A stretch of 62,949 nucleotides of DNA, counting the filler, from Octopus bimaculoides (taxonomy: Eukaryota), in NCBI RefSeq assembly GCF_001194135.2. It is 3 parts of 2 records of this genome, joined end to end, with 100 filler letters (N's around TTAATTAATTAA, not from the genome) between each part and the next. Parts side by side here need not be neighbours in the genome. Positions count along the whole stretch, not along the records: positions 1 to 23,736 come from NC_069008.1; positions 23,837 to 52,822 come from NC_068999.1; 1 more part is not named here. One strand, 5' to 3'. This document shows positions 11,941 to 23,919 of this stretch, piece after piece (positions within the stretch are counted from its first letter, which is position 1; every line of letters begins with the position of its first letter). The notes under the pieces were generated by a model. It was not told the origin of the DNA and made no database searches. It saw nothing but the letters and a program-made list of their open reading frames with translations. The translations under genes and the position numbers were made by a program.

Positions 11941-12197
11941 CTACTTGTGAAATTAAAATGTGTAAGTGGCTGAGTACTGCACAGACACATATACCCTTAA
12001 CATAGTTCTCAAACTCAGTGTGACACAGAATGTTACAAGGCTGGCCCTTTGAAATACAGATGCAACTTGTTTTTGCCAGCTGAGTGAACTGGAATAGTAA
12101 GAAATAAAGTGCCTTGCTCAAGGACACAACACACTACTGGGAATTGAACTCATGACCTTACGAGTGTGAGCTGAATACCCTAACCACTAAGCCATAC
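11941..12197 (-). mobile_element. SINE family B
   Basis: Reverse complement of 9974-10230 (ccttgctcaaggacacaa...ctaaccactaagccat). Confidence 0.8.
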
Positions 12198-12961
12198 TAT
12201 CTTCACTAATAATGAGTATAATGTTAATGCATATCAAATATAATCAAATATCTGGGGAACATTGTGAAGCCAGAATGTTGGGAAAAGAGATAACTATAAT
12301 AGCAGATGCTTTGAGAATGTTTTAAAAAGAAGCCTACAAATGTAGAGACAAAATCTTATGAGTAACTATATTTATTCATGTATAACATGCTCTATCTTAT
12401 AAACAAAAATGACTTTGATTTGCATAAGACTAACTGTATCACAAGTACCATTTTATGGCTTGTATCGATAAAGTTCAAAGGTCATATTCAAGTCTGTATT
12501 TGTTTCATTAAGTTACAAACTTTATTTCAATATATGTTGTGCAGCAAGTATAATAAAACTGACTAAGTTTTTATTTCCCTACATTATAATACTAAAGAAA
12601 ACCTAACCAATGAATTTACTTTTTGTTTTGCTTAAGATGTGTGATTTCCACAACATTAGCTTTACAGAAGGTACTCATTTATGGCCTTCATCTGTAAAGT
12701 TCTATGGTCACGCACAAATTTATTTTTCTTTCATTTAAGTACCCATAAAATTTTTCGTTATATTTTATCCAAATTTTTCGTTATATTTTGACCAAACATT
12801 CCTTCTGTACATTGTAATACCAAAGTAAACTTCACTTCAGAAATTACTTTTTGTTTCATTGAGATACATAGATTTTTACAGTAATTTTTCCTGGGATTTT
12901 ATTGTCCATAATTGCTTGAAAAAAAGTGTGTCTATATATATATATGTGTGTATATATTAGC

Positions 12962-13390
12962 TTTTAGCTTTTACTTTTTCATTCATTAGACTGCAGTCAT
13001 ACTGGGGCACTGCCTTGAAGTGCTTTTAATTGAATAAATCGACCCCAGTATTTTTTTTTTAAGCCTGGTACTTAATCTATCAGACTTTTTTGCTGAGCTG
13101 CTAAGTTAAAAAGACATAAACAAACCAACACTGGTTGTCGACTGGTGGTGGTGGTGGTGGTGATGGTGATGATGGTGATGGTGGTAGGGAACAAATACTG
13201 ACACAAAGAAACACACTCACACACACACATGACAAGCTTCTTACAGTTTCTGCCTTCCAAATCCACTCACAAGGCTTTCATCAGCCCAAGGCTATAGTGG
13301 AAGACACTTGCCCTAAATGCCACATACTGGAACTGAAACCAGAATCATGTTGTTGGGAAGCAAGCTTCTTACCACAGAGCCACACCTTTG
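12962..13390 (-). mobile_element. SINE family A
   Basis: Reverse-strand head and tail with an internal (GGT)n/(CA)n tract. Confidence 0.85.
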
Positions 13391-13554
13391 AGAAAAACGA
13401 ATAGTAATGGATTTTCTGATAATTTTTTCCACTTCAATAATCAGATGTCTACAAATTGTATCATGACTTTGTTTTTCTTCCAAGTCATCACAGGTTGTTA
13501 CAAATAGAAAAAAAAGAGGGGTCCCTGGTCAGTTTCTCTAAAAGTAGTTTTTAA

Positions 13555-13773
13555 CCCTTTAGCTTTCAGATTGCTTTGTCAAATGTAATGCTTATTTATC
13601 CACTTTTTAAAAAATTAATCATGTATTATCTTGTAGCTTCAAGATTTTGAAGATGTGATTGTTTATTTTTAGAGTGGTAATGTAGGGTAGGTGTGAGAGG
13701 CTGGATCTGGCCAGTTTTAACATTAAAAAATATAATATTTGGGCCAGATATGACCAATTTAAAAGCTAAAGAA
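13555..13773. mobile_element. piggyBac-like MITE
   Basis: TTAA|CCCTTTAGC ... GCTAAAGAA|TTAA: TTAA on both flanks with degenerate CCC/GGG-type TIRs. Confidence 0.7.
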
Positions 13774-14298
13774 TTAAAGTTTTCCTTTTATTGTTATCAA
13801 AGTTTCTTTCTGGTTGTTCATAAGGATGTTACAAAACTACACACACACACACACACACATACACACACACACACACACATGTGCATAGGCATACACGCAC
13901 ACAAGACATGCACACATATTCATGTGTACATACTCATGCACACATACACACACACACACACTTATAAAGAATGATTGAAATAGGTCAAAATAAAAAAATA
14001 GAATCTTATATTACAAAAGAGAAGCAGATCTCCATCTGACTGTCTGTCACAACATTTATTAGAGGGAAGGAAAAAATGAAGGAGAAAAAGTTGTTGTGAG
14101 AGAAATCGAGAGAGAGACAGAGTGTGTATGTGTGAAAGGTTGATATATAGGTAGTGTTGTCACACAAGTGTTGTCACCTTAGTAACTAACAAGATTTGAT
14201 TAAAAATTCAAGACTTTTAAGTGCAAGTCTGTCAGTGCAACACAACACAGACTTCAAAAAACCTATATGCATAAATAATATATATAGTTTTTTTTTGG

Positions 14299-14333
<35 letters not shown>

Positions 14334-14720
14334 CTGTGTCTTTTAACATATAGGCAATGTTACCCAAACTTTAACAAACAACTTTCACTTTGAACAACTT
14401 ACGAAGGTATGTGCATGATTGAGAAACACTTTTAGCAGTAGCATAGCAAAGGGTAACAACCTAGTTATAAGATTAGATTAAGGTGAGGTCACAATGGCAT
14501 GTATATTTCCTGTTAAGTAAACACACACATACCAACATATCATTACACTCACTCACACACACACACACTCATTTAATACACCCAAAGAAGAAATAGTAAA
14601 AGAGGAAGGAGGTAGAATGAAGTTAGGGAGAAAATACAGGTAAACAACTCACATATACATATGCACAAGCACAAAAACATACATGCACGTACACATGTAT
14701 ACACACATACACAGAAATAC

Positions 14721-14776
<56 letters not shown>

Positions 14777-15009
14777 GTATGTATGCATATACACATATGT
14801 ATGTATGTATATATATATATATATATATATACNNNNNNNNNNTATATACCCACACACACACACACACACACGCACATATATATTGCATGTGTGTGTGTGT
14901 GTGTATGCATATATGTGTATATATATATATATATACACAACGAATATATAAACTCTCACAGACTCACATATGCACACACATACATATATATATTTGTATA
15001 TCATTATCC

Positions 15010-15450
15010 TCGTCACCATTATCTGCAACTGCCAACTCTTGGTGTTTCTTCCAACAATTCTTCTCCTTTTATCTTTATCATCTGCTGCTCTTATTAAATA
15101 TTGCTGATGGTATCAAATCCAAATTTTTCCCAAGGTTTTTTTCTCTTGGCCTTTTCCCAGAGACATTTCATACATTTCAAACAACTAACAATTTTAATAG
15201 ATCTTTTGTTGATCATCTGCCTGAGTACAAACATATACAAATGTCTTTATGTTTTTCTTATCCAGTTCTGGTACAATTCTCCATTTAATTCCAGTTTGAT
15301 ACACCATATATTGATTTGTCATTTTTTCTTTTTATCTCTTCTTAGTTCCTAACATTCTTTCAGAATTCCAAACCTGAAACCTCTCTATTTTTCTCTCTAC
15401 TCTTTTAGGAATTTAGCATTTAGATCCATGCATTTCTATAAGAAATATCA
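15010..15450 (-). mobile_element. Decayed RTE-type LINE 3' coding region
   Basis: Frameshifted motifs resembling LLYG..W, R..G*, GKRPR..PW and AADDK..RRIV are typical of the RTE C-terminus. Confidence 0.5.
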
Positions 15451-15613
15451 ATGGCAAATATCAAATAAATATATATATATATATAGATACATATATATAT
15501 ATAAAGGTTTAGATTTAGATTCAAAAATTGAATATGGTACTTATGTTTAGGCACCAGAATATAGTATGGTATGGTATTATACAAAAACCATTCCAAAAAC
15601 TAGGTGATCAAAA

Positions 15614-15916
15614 AATCAAAATAAGCAACACGGATTTTAAAGATGATTGCAGTACGCACGTTTCATGCTACTCCATTTATTCAAGTAATGCGAGCATTAC
15701 ATTCAATGCAATATGTAGAGCAATCTTCAGCTGCACGAAAATGCAGAAAATTACTGTATTCTATTCTATTTTACTGTAATTTTCTGCATTTTCGTGCAGC
15801 TGAAGATTGCTCTACATATTGCATTTAATGTAATGCTCGCATTACTTAAATAAATGGAGTAGCATGAAACGTGCGTACTGCAATCATTTTTAAAATCCGT
15901 GTTGCTTATTTTGATT
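15614..15916. repeat. Near-perfect foldback, 140-bp arms and 23-nt loop
   Basis: 15614-15753 is the reverse complement of 15777-15916, with 3 mismatches seen by eye. Confidence 0.95.
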
Positions 15917-16341
15917 ATATATATATATATATATGCATATGTGAGAGTGTGAATATACATACATACATAAAGATATTTATATATATATACAATAATGTTA
16001 ATAAGGATTATTATGAAGTGGCATAGCATTACCTTTAATTCTTTTTATATATATATCGCTTTACATAGACCTACACATGTTATATATATATATCATATAT
16101 ACTTCAGCCGTGTAACCACACATGTGCTGTTCGTGAAGTTTTTTCTTCTCTGGAGTTTTCTGTTTTCTTTTCTGATGAAAAGCTATGCTCGAAATATTAA
16201 AAACCTACTCTTTTCCCCACCTTTACTGAGCATTAAACTAGTGTATTCCATGTGTATGTCCTCTTGTTATTTTGTTATTGTTAGTTTTTATATTTGATAG
16301 CTAATGTTCAACTTCTAATATTTGATTTGACTACACACACA

Positions 16342-16380
<39 letters not shown>

Positions 16381-16639
16381 CTATCAATATGTAGTCGTAA
16401 GATCCAAGGATGTAAGTGTTGGAAGTTTGTAGACTTCAAGATGTCTGCAGTAAGTATAAAAACCAACTTTCAGGAACTATAATAATTTACTGGCATCGAC
16501 TGTTGTAAGCTTCTTCCTTATTGGAGTTTCATGAGCTGAAAAAATTTATGTATTGTTCACAGTTGCTAAGAATGTAAATAAAAATTGAAATTGAGTCAGA
16601 GGACCAAGTAATGTCCAGGCTATATATATATTTCCTAGA

Positions 16640-16807
16640 AGATCTGCTTGCTAAGAAACATAGGTAGCCTTGATTTTACCTGTTCCATTCTTGGGTTCAG
16701 TCCCACTGCGTGGCACCTTGGGCAAGTGTCTTCTACTATAGCCTCAGGCCGACCAAAGCCTTGTGAGTGGATTTGGTAGATGGAAACTGAAAGAAGCCCG
16801 TCGTATA

Positions 16808-16847
<40 letters not shown>

Positions 16848-17010
16848 ATGCTGGTGTTTACATCCCTGTAACTTAGCAGTTCAGCAAAAGAGATCGATAG
16901 AATAAGTACTAGGCTTCCAAAGAATAAGTCCTGAGGTCGATTTGCTCGACTAAAGGCGGTGCTCCAGCATGGCCACAGTCAAATCACTGAAACAAGTAAA
17001 AGAGTAAAAG
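16640..17010 (+). mobile_element. SINE family A, relatively young copy
   Basis: Full head, (TG)n and a full tail ending gtaaaagagtaaaag. Some CpGs are retained. Confidence 0.9.
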
Positions 17011-17532
17011 TGTAAAAGATATATATATATATATATATACTAGCTAGCCCTGTGCTGTCAAAAGTAATGGCTAATTGTAGCATTCTATATATAAATATGG
17101 ATGGTAAATCAAATTAATACACTTGTCAATATTATCTTGTGGTTGTTTTTTAAGATGTGACATTAATCATTGTTTGTTACTGAAAGAACACTAGTTCACA
17201 CATGCATTCAATATTTTCCTTGTATACACATACACATACACACATATACTCACACACAGTTGGAACACTGTTTGATTTTTTTTTTCAGTGTGAAATGTTC
17301 ACCATTCCATTTCCATTGCACACACACACACACACACATACACAAACATTCACATATCTCCCTTTTACATACATACACGTATGTTCACACAGAGTTGAAA
17401 TGCTCCCACTACCAGTTTGCCATTACCCCTTCCTTATACATTTATCAGCCTTCCTTTCTCATTCATATGTTGTGACATAGAAAAGCACAAGAGTAGATAT
17501 ATATATCTACTAATTATATATATATATATAAG

Positions 17533-18420
17533 GCCACAAGTGCCTCCCAACTGGCATACACGGGGCCTGGAGGTACTGCAATCCCAGAACCACAAACAGT
17601 GAGAGACCTGGGCATCAACATGTGTAGTGATGCATCATTTCACATGCACATTGTCAAGTTGACAGCAAAGCGTAGACAACTGGCAGGGTGGATACTGAGG
17701 ACATTCCGAACAAGGGATCAAAAAGTCATGTTGACTCTATGGAAGACATTTGTTCTGAGCCGCCTAGACTATTGCTCTCAGTTGTGGTCACCACACAGTG
17801 TTAAGCGGACAGCAGCACTCGAGGCAATTCAGAGTCACTATACAAAAAAGATTGCCACAGTCCAACAAATGAACTACAGGGAGCGACTGAAGGCACTAGG
17901 TCTCTACTCTTTGGAGCACAGGCAGGAGAGATATGTAATAATATACATATGGAAAATACTGGAAGGACTGGTGCCAAACTTTGGCATCAAGTACTACACA
18001 AATGCCCGCACAGGTTGCCACTGCATGGTACCAAGGGTACCGTCCACTGCATCTCACATAAGAACAAGGTACTGCAACAGCCTCGGTTTCAGAGGACCTC
18101 AGCTTTTTAATGCCCTGCCAAAACATTTGAGATACCTGCAAGACATGGATATAGAGGTCTTCAAAACAAAACTCGACGCTTTCCTCTCCATGATACCAGA
18201 CAAACCAATGGCTCGAAATGAGACACAGTTTAAGGCAGTGATGTCAAATTCTCTTATACACCAGATGTGCCATCAAAACTCTTGATTGGACTATATCAAG
18301 TGGAGGAGAAGAGCCATGCAAGGAACATAAAGAGAGCACAGCATAAAGACGGAAAGTCACGGTGATGCTCCAGCATGACCACAGCCACTTGGCTGAATTC
18401 ATAAATAAATAAATAAATAA
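17533..18420 (+). mobile_element. 5'-truncated CR1/L2-group LINE (RT C-terminus, 3' UTR and (TAAA)n tail)
   Basis: Open frame 17533-18285: YTGPGGTAIPEPQTVRDLGI..WILRTF..LWKTFVLSRLDYCSQLWSP..LEAIQ..RERLKALGLYSLEHRQERY..IWKILEG..FKTKLDAFL. Confidence 0.9.
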
Positions 18421-18438
18421 ATAAATATATATATATAT

Positions 18439-18479
<41 letters not shown>

Positions 18480-18489
18480 CATCATCATC

Positions 18490-18780
18490 ATCATCAACAT
18501 CATCATTTAACATCCGTTTTCCATGCTGGCATGGGTTAGACAGCTTAGCAGGAACTGGCAAGTCCAGGGGTTGTACTATGTTCCATAATCTGTTTTGGTT
18601 TGGTTTCTATGGCCAGATGCCCTTCCTAATGCCAAGCACTTGTACAGGGTGCTTTTTACATGGCACCATCACCAATTCTTTTATGTGGCACTAGCACCCA
18701 CACCAATGCTTTTTACATGGCACCTTGGTTTTAGGATCTCAATTCTGTTGTGATTGGTGGGTCTTCTCAAGTACAAAAAT
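18490..18780 (-). mobile_element. RTE-type tail repeat
   Basis: Reverse of the 1640-2105 family: (CAT)n, tttccatgctggcatggg, gatgcccttcctaatgcc, and internal gctttttacatggcacc direct repeats. Confidence 0.65.
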
Positions 18781-18983
18781 GTGCCACTTATTTCGGTTCT
18801 CTGTCATCTCCTTCTGAAAGTCTGCATTTTAAGATTGGCTATCAACACTTCATATGTCAGTGTATGTGTGTGCATATGGATATATATATATATATATATA
18901 TTTATATTCACATACATGTATGTGTATATACACACACACACACACACATATAATATAAATGTACATATTATATATATAGATAT

Positions 18984-19350
18984 AAGGTGAGGCTGTGTGA
19001 TAAGAAGCTTGCTTCCTAACTACATTGTTCTGGGTTCAGTCCTACTGCATGGCACCTTGCGCAAGTGTCTTCTACTATAGCATCGCTCCAACCAAATCTT
19101 TGTAAGTGGATTTGGTAGATGGAAACTGAAAGAAGCCCATCATATGTGTGAGTGTGCATGCGTGTTTCTTCCCACTACTATTTGATAATTGGTGTTGGTG
19201 TGTTTATGTCTCTGTAACTTTGTTGTTCAGCAAAAGAGACTGATAGAATAATAATGGGCCTAAAATAAAATGTACTGAGACTGACTAATTCGACTAAAAA
19301 TTCTTGGAGGTGGTGCCCCAGCATGGCCGTGCCTAATGACTGAAGCAAGT
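18984..19350 (+). mobile_element. SINE family A
   Basis: Head and tail are present. Confidence 0.85.
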
Positions 19351-19719
19351 AGAAGAAATGTATGTAAATATATAATACACACACTCACACACACACACTC
19401 ACACACACGAATGCATGCACACGCATGCATGCACGCACGCACACACACACACAAACTCACATACTTATGCATGTGTGTGTGTGTGTGCACTTGTTACTTG
19501 CATAATAAACGATAAACTGGATGTTTCTGGCTGTGAGATGTGTGTTAAGTTTTATAGATACCTCTCCAGTTTGTCTTGAGTATATATTTCAAGTTTGTAA
19601 GGCATAGCTTCTTGAATGTTTGTTAAATGCTTTGAATAATTTTGACTGTGCTTCATTGCTATTGGGAAGTGTATCAAACCAGTTTTTAATTTAGACAAGA
19701 TTATTACTCAAGAGCACAA

Positions 19720-19784
19720 ATGGTTGGCAGTCCTGTAACTCATCATCATCATCATCGTCGTTGAGTTACAGGACTGCCAACCAT
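19720..19784. repeat. Perfect 23-bp hairpin with a 19-nt loop
   Basis: atggttggcagtcctgtaactca pairs with tgagttacaggactgccaaccat. Confidence 0.95.
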
Positions 19785-19792
19785 ACATCTAG

Positions 19793-19825
<33 letters not shown>

Positions 19826-19897
19826 CACACACACATACAAATACATACAAATGTGCAAATATATATATATATATTTTTTGCCATTTTTTAATAATAT

Positions 19898-19929
<32 letters not shown>

Positions 19930-21250
19930 NNNNNNNNNNNNNNNNNNNNNNNNNNNNNNNNNNNNNNNNNNNNNNNNNNNNNNNNNNNNNNNNNNNNNNN
20001 NNNNNNNNNNNNNNNNNNNNNNNNNNNNNNNNNNNNNNNNNNNNNNNNNNNNNNNNNNNNNNNNNNNNNNNNNNNNNNNNNNNNNNNNNNNNNNNNNNNN
20101 NNNNNNNNNNNNNNNNNNNNNNNNNNNNNNNNNNNNNNNNNNNNNNNNNNNNNNNNNNNNNNNNNNNNNNNNNNNNNNNNNNNNNNNNNNNNNNNNNNNN
20201 NNNNNNNNNNNNNNNNNNNNNNNNNNNNNNNNNNNNNNNNNNNNNNNNNNNNNNNNNNNNNNNNNNNNNNNNNNNNNNNNNNNNNNNNNNNNNNNNNNNN
20301 NNNNNNNNNNNNNNNNNNNNNNNNNNNNNNNNNNNNNNNNNNNNNNNNNNNNNNNNNNNNNNNNNNNNNNNNNNNNNNNNNNNNNNNNNNNNNNNNNNNN
20401 NNNNNNNNNNNNNNNNNNNNNNNNNNNNNNNNNNNNNNNNNNNNNNNNNNNNNNNNNNNNNNNNNNNNNNNNNNNNNNNNNNNNNNNNNNNNNNNNNNNN
20501 NNNNNNNNNNNNNNNNNNNNNNNNNNNNNNNNNNNNNNNNNNNNNNNNNNNNNNNNNNNNNNNNNNNNNNNNNNNNNNNNNNNNNNNNNNNNNNNNNNNN
20601 NNNNNNNNNNNNNNNNNNNNNNNNNNNNNNNNNNNNNNNNNNNNNNNNNNNNNNNNNNNNNNNNNNNNNNNNNNNNNNNNNNNNNNNNNNNNNNNNNNNN
20701 NNNNNNNNNNNNNNNNNNNNNNNNNNNNNNNNNNNNNNNNNNNNNNNNNNNNNNNNNNNNNNNNNNNNNNNNNNNNNNNNNNNNNNNNNNNNNNNNNNNN
20801 NNNNNNNNNNNNNNNNNNNNNNNNNNNNNNNNNTATATATATAATATAATATTATATTATATTATATTATATTATATTATATTATATTATATTATATTAG
20901 ATATATATTATATATATTATATGTGTGTGTGTGTATATATACAAGCACACACAATAAGACCCTTTTCTATACAAAAGACTTGAAGTAATGAGATCTCCTT
21001 TCTTTTCTTTCTATTTCCCTTTTTTCCTCATTTACGTTATACATGTCAAACTTACCTCTTGAATACATACACCAATATATTTTCCATTTAGCTTTAATAA
21101 AAACTCATTTATTTTGTGAAATTGTATTTTTATATTTTTACTTTTGTATTTTAATGTTTTGCTAAGGCATAGCAAGACTAATAACCTGCTGTAGAACTCA
21201 ATATACATAGTATGGTTCAGAACACAATGTTAGATGAGTATAGAGTGGTG

Positions 21251-21471
21251 ATAGGAACAAGGAAGTGACACTGGAAAAAACAAAGTTTATGTAATGAACT
21301 TCATTAGCTGACGACGGTTTTTGCAATAAAATGTGATGGACTCTGTTGAAAGCTATAGGATGTTATCCTGGTACTCAACTAAAAGTTCATCATATAGCAG
21401 AAACAGCCGTATGCTAATGAAGTTCATTGCATAACATTTGTTTTTTTTCTAGTGTCATCTCTTTGTTTCTA
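21251..21471. repeat. Degenerate inverted repeat, MITE-like
   Basis: gacactggaaaaaacaaagtttatgtaatgaacttcattagc (21267-21308) pairs with gctaatgaagttcattgcataacatttgttttttttctagtgtc (21413-21456). Weaker pairing extends further out. Confidence 0.75.
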
Positions 21472-22572
21472 TTTTTATTTTCATAGATATGTAAATACAT
21501 AAAATAAAACTATTTATCCCTTCTGTTAAAAGATTGAACTTGTTTTAATTAAACCAAAAACTATTATAAGCATATAAAAATTTAATGCATTTTCAGCCTC
21601 TCAGTATCTTTCTGAAATTATTCAATTGATCTTTAATTATAATTAAATAAACGTCTTTAGCTTTAAATAGTATAGCTTTAACTATTACATCGGTCAAATA
21701 TGTACTAATTTTATCTTCATTATTATTTTAAACTTAAACTTCGTTCAACTTGTATTTAAAACAATGATAATTTAAAACAATGATAATTTATGTAAGATGT
21801 TTTTTGTATATAATATACATGTTATTATAATGGATGAAGAGATGATTATTGAATGGTTATTATTTTGNNNNNNNNNNNNNNNNNNNNNNNNNNNNNNNNN
21901 NNNNNNNNNNNNNNNNNNNNNNNNNNNNNNNNNNNNNNNNNNNNNNNNNNNNNNNNNNNNNNNNNNNNNNNNNNNNNNNNNNNNNNNNNNNNNNNNNNNN
22001 NNNNNNNNNNNNNNNNNNNNNNNNNNNNNNNNNNNNNNNNNNNNNNNNNNNNNNNNNNNNNNNNNNNNNNNNNNNNNNNNNNNNNNNNNNNNNNNNNNNN
22101 NNNNNNNNNNNNNNNNNNNNNNNNNNNNNNNNNNNNNNNNNNNNNNNNNNNNNNNNNNNNNNNNNNNNNNNNNNNNNNNNNNNNNNNNNNNNNNNNNNNN
22201 NNNNNNNNNNNNNNNNNNNNNNNNNNNNNNNNNNNNNNNNNNNNNNNNNNNNNNNNNNNNNNNNNNNNNNNNNNNNNNNNNNNNNNNNNNNNNNNNNNNN
22301 NNNNNNNNNNNNNNNNNNNNNNNNNNNNNNNNNNNNNNNNNNNNNNNNNNNNNNNNNNNNNNNNNNNNNNNNNNNNNNNNNNNNNNNNNNNNNNNNNNNN
22401 NNNNNNNNNNNNNNNNNNNNNNNNNNNNNNNNNNNNNNNNNNNNNNNNNNNNNNNNNNNNNNNNNNNNNNNNNNNNNNNNNNNNNNNNNNNNNNNNNNNN
22501 NNNNNNNNNNNNNNNNNNNNNNNNNNNNNNNNNNNNNNNNNNNNNNNNNNNNNNNNNNNNNNNNNNNNNNNN

Positions 22573-22605
<33 letters not shown>

Positions 22606-22619
22606 ATATATATATATAT

Positions 22620-22897
22620 TCTTTTCTTTTTTTACTTGTTTCAGTCATTTGATTGTGGCCATGCTGGAACACTACTTTGAAGGGTTTTAGTCAATCAAAT
22701 CAACCCCAGGACATTTTTTTAGCTTAGTACTTATTCTATCAGTTTCTTTTGCCGAATCACTAGTTTATAGGGACATAAACACACCAATACCAGTTGTCAA
22801 GTGGTGATGGGGAGACCAACACCAACACAGACACACACACACACATATATATACATGCACATATATACATATATACACACATGCACGCACACACACG

Positions 22898-22929
<32 letters not shown>

Positions 22930-23090
22930 CATATACGATGGGCTACTTTCAGTCTCCATCTGACAAATCCACTCACAAGGCCTTGTTCAACACAAGGCTA
23001 TAGTAGAAGATACTTGCCCAAGATGCCACACAGTCAGACTGAACTCAGAACCATGTGGTTTTGAAGCACACAGCAATACCTGCACCTATG
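22620..23090 (-). mobile_element. SINE family A
   Basis: Reverse-strand head and tail with an internal (CA)/(TA) tract. Confidence 0.85.
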
Positions 23091-23189
23091 TATGTATATA
23101 TGTATATATATATATATGCATACACACACACACACATATTTATAAATACATATAAGACATGGCATAAATAATGGTCATTACATATATTT

Positions 23190-23495
23190 CTTTGTTGTTG
23201 TTTGTTCCTTCCGGAGCCATGCTTGGCTCATAAAGGCTGGTTTCCCAGTTTCATGCCAATGAAACTGGGTTCAGGTTCTCCACCTTAACAGAACGCAGTC
23301 TGTCTGTGCATGACAAACAAGTGAGAGAAAGTTGTGGTGAAATAGTCAACAGAAGTTCACCATTACCTTCTGCTGGAGCTGTGTGGAGCTTAGGCATTTC
23401 AATCAGAAACACACACATTGCCCAGTCTGACATTTGAACCTGCAATCCCTCCATTGTGAGTCTGCTGCTCTAACCACTAGTCCATGCGCCTCCAC
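23190..23495 (-). mobile_element. tRNA-derived SINE, family-B-related
   Basis: The reverse-strand head gtggaggcgcatggactagtggttagagc...gcaggttcaaat has A- and B-box-like motifs. Confidence 0.6.
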
Positions 23496-23736
23496 ATATA
23501 TTTCTTTATTGCAGTAAATTTAACTAACAGCTGTTTCCAGTATTCATTTTAGGTTTGTTATTGATTGGTTTACTCAATCAGCCTATTAATCAGTTGAGAA
23601 AAATTGAAAAACCTAGGGAATGAATGCTACTCTTACCAGAGTAATTTCGTTCATCAGCTGATAAATATATATATGTATATATATCTATCTATATATATAT
23701 ATATATATGTGTATATATATATATATGTGTATATAT

Positions 23737-23836
23737 NNNNNNNNNNNNNNNNNNNNNNNNNNNNNNNNNNNNNNNNNNNNTTAATTAATTAANNNNNNNN
23801 NNNNNNNNNNNNNNNNNNNNNNNNNNNNNNNNNNNN
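23737..23836. other. Artificial scaffold spacer (44 N + TTAATTAATTAA + 44 N)
   Basis: Exactly 100 bp. The 12-mer gives stops in all six frames, and an identical structure occurs at 52823-52922. Confidence 0.9.
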
Positions 23837-23919
23837 TATATATATATATATGTTAAGTTAGACATGGCCTGGGTCAATACTGCCCGAAACCTATCAAAGT
23901 ATCTACGTGTATATATATA

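Noticed and set aside
23615-23665. CTGATGA-AC-GAAA followed by a small hairpin on the minus strand
   Set aside because: There is no stem II, and the cleavage triplet is out of register with stem III.
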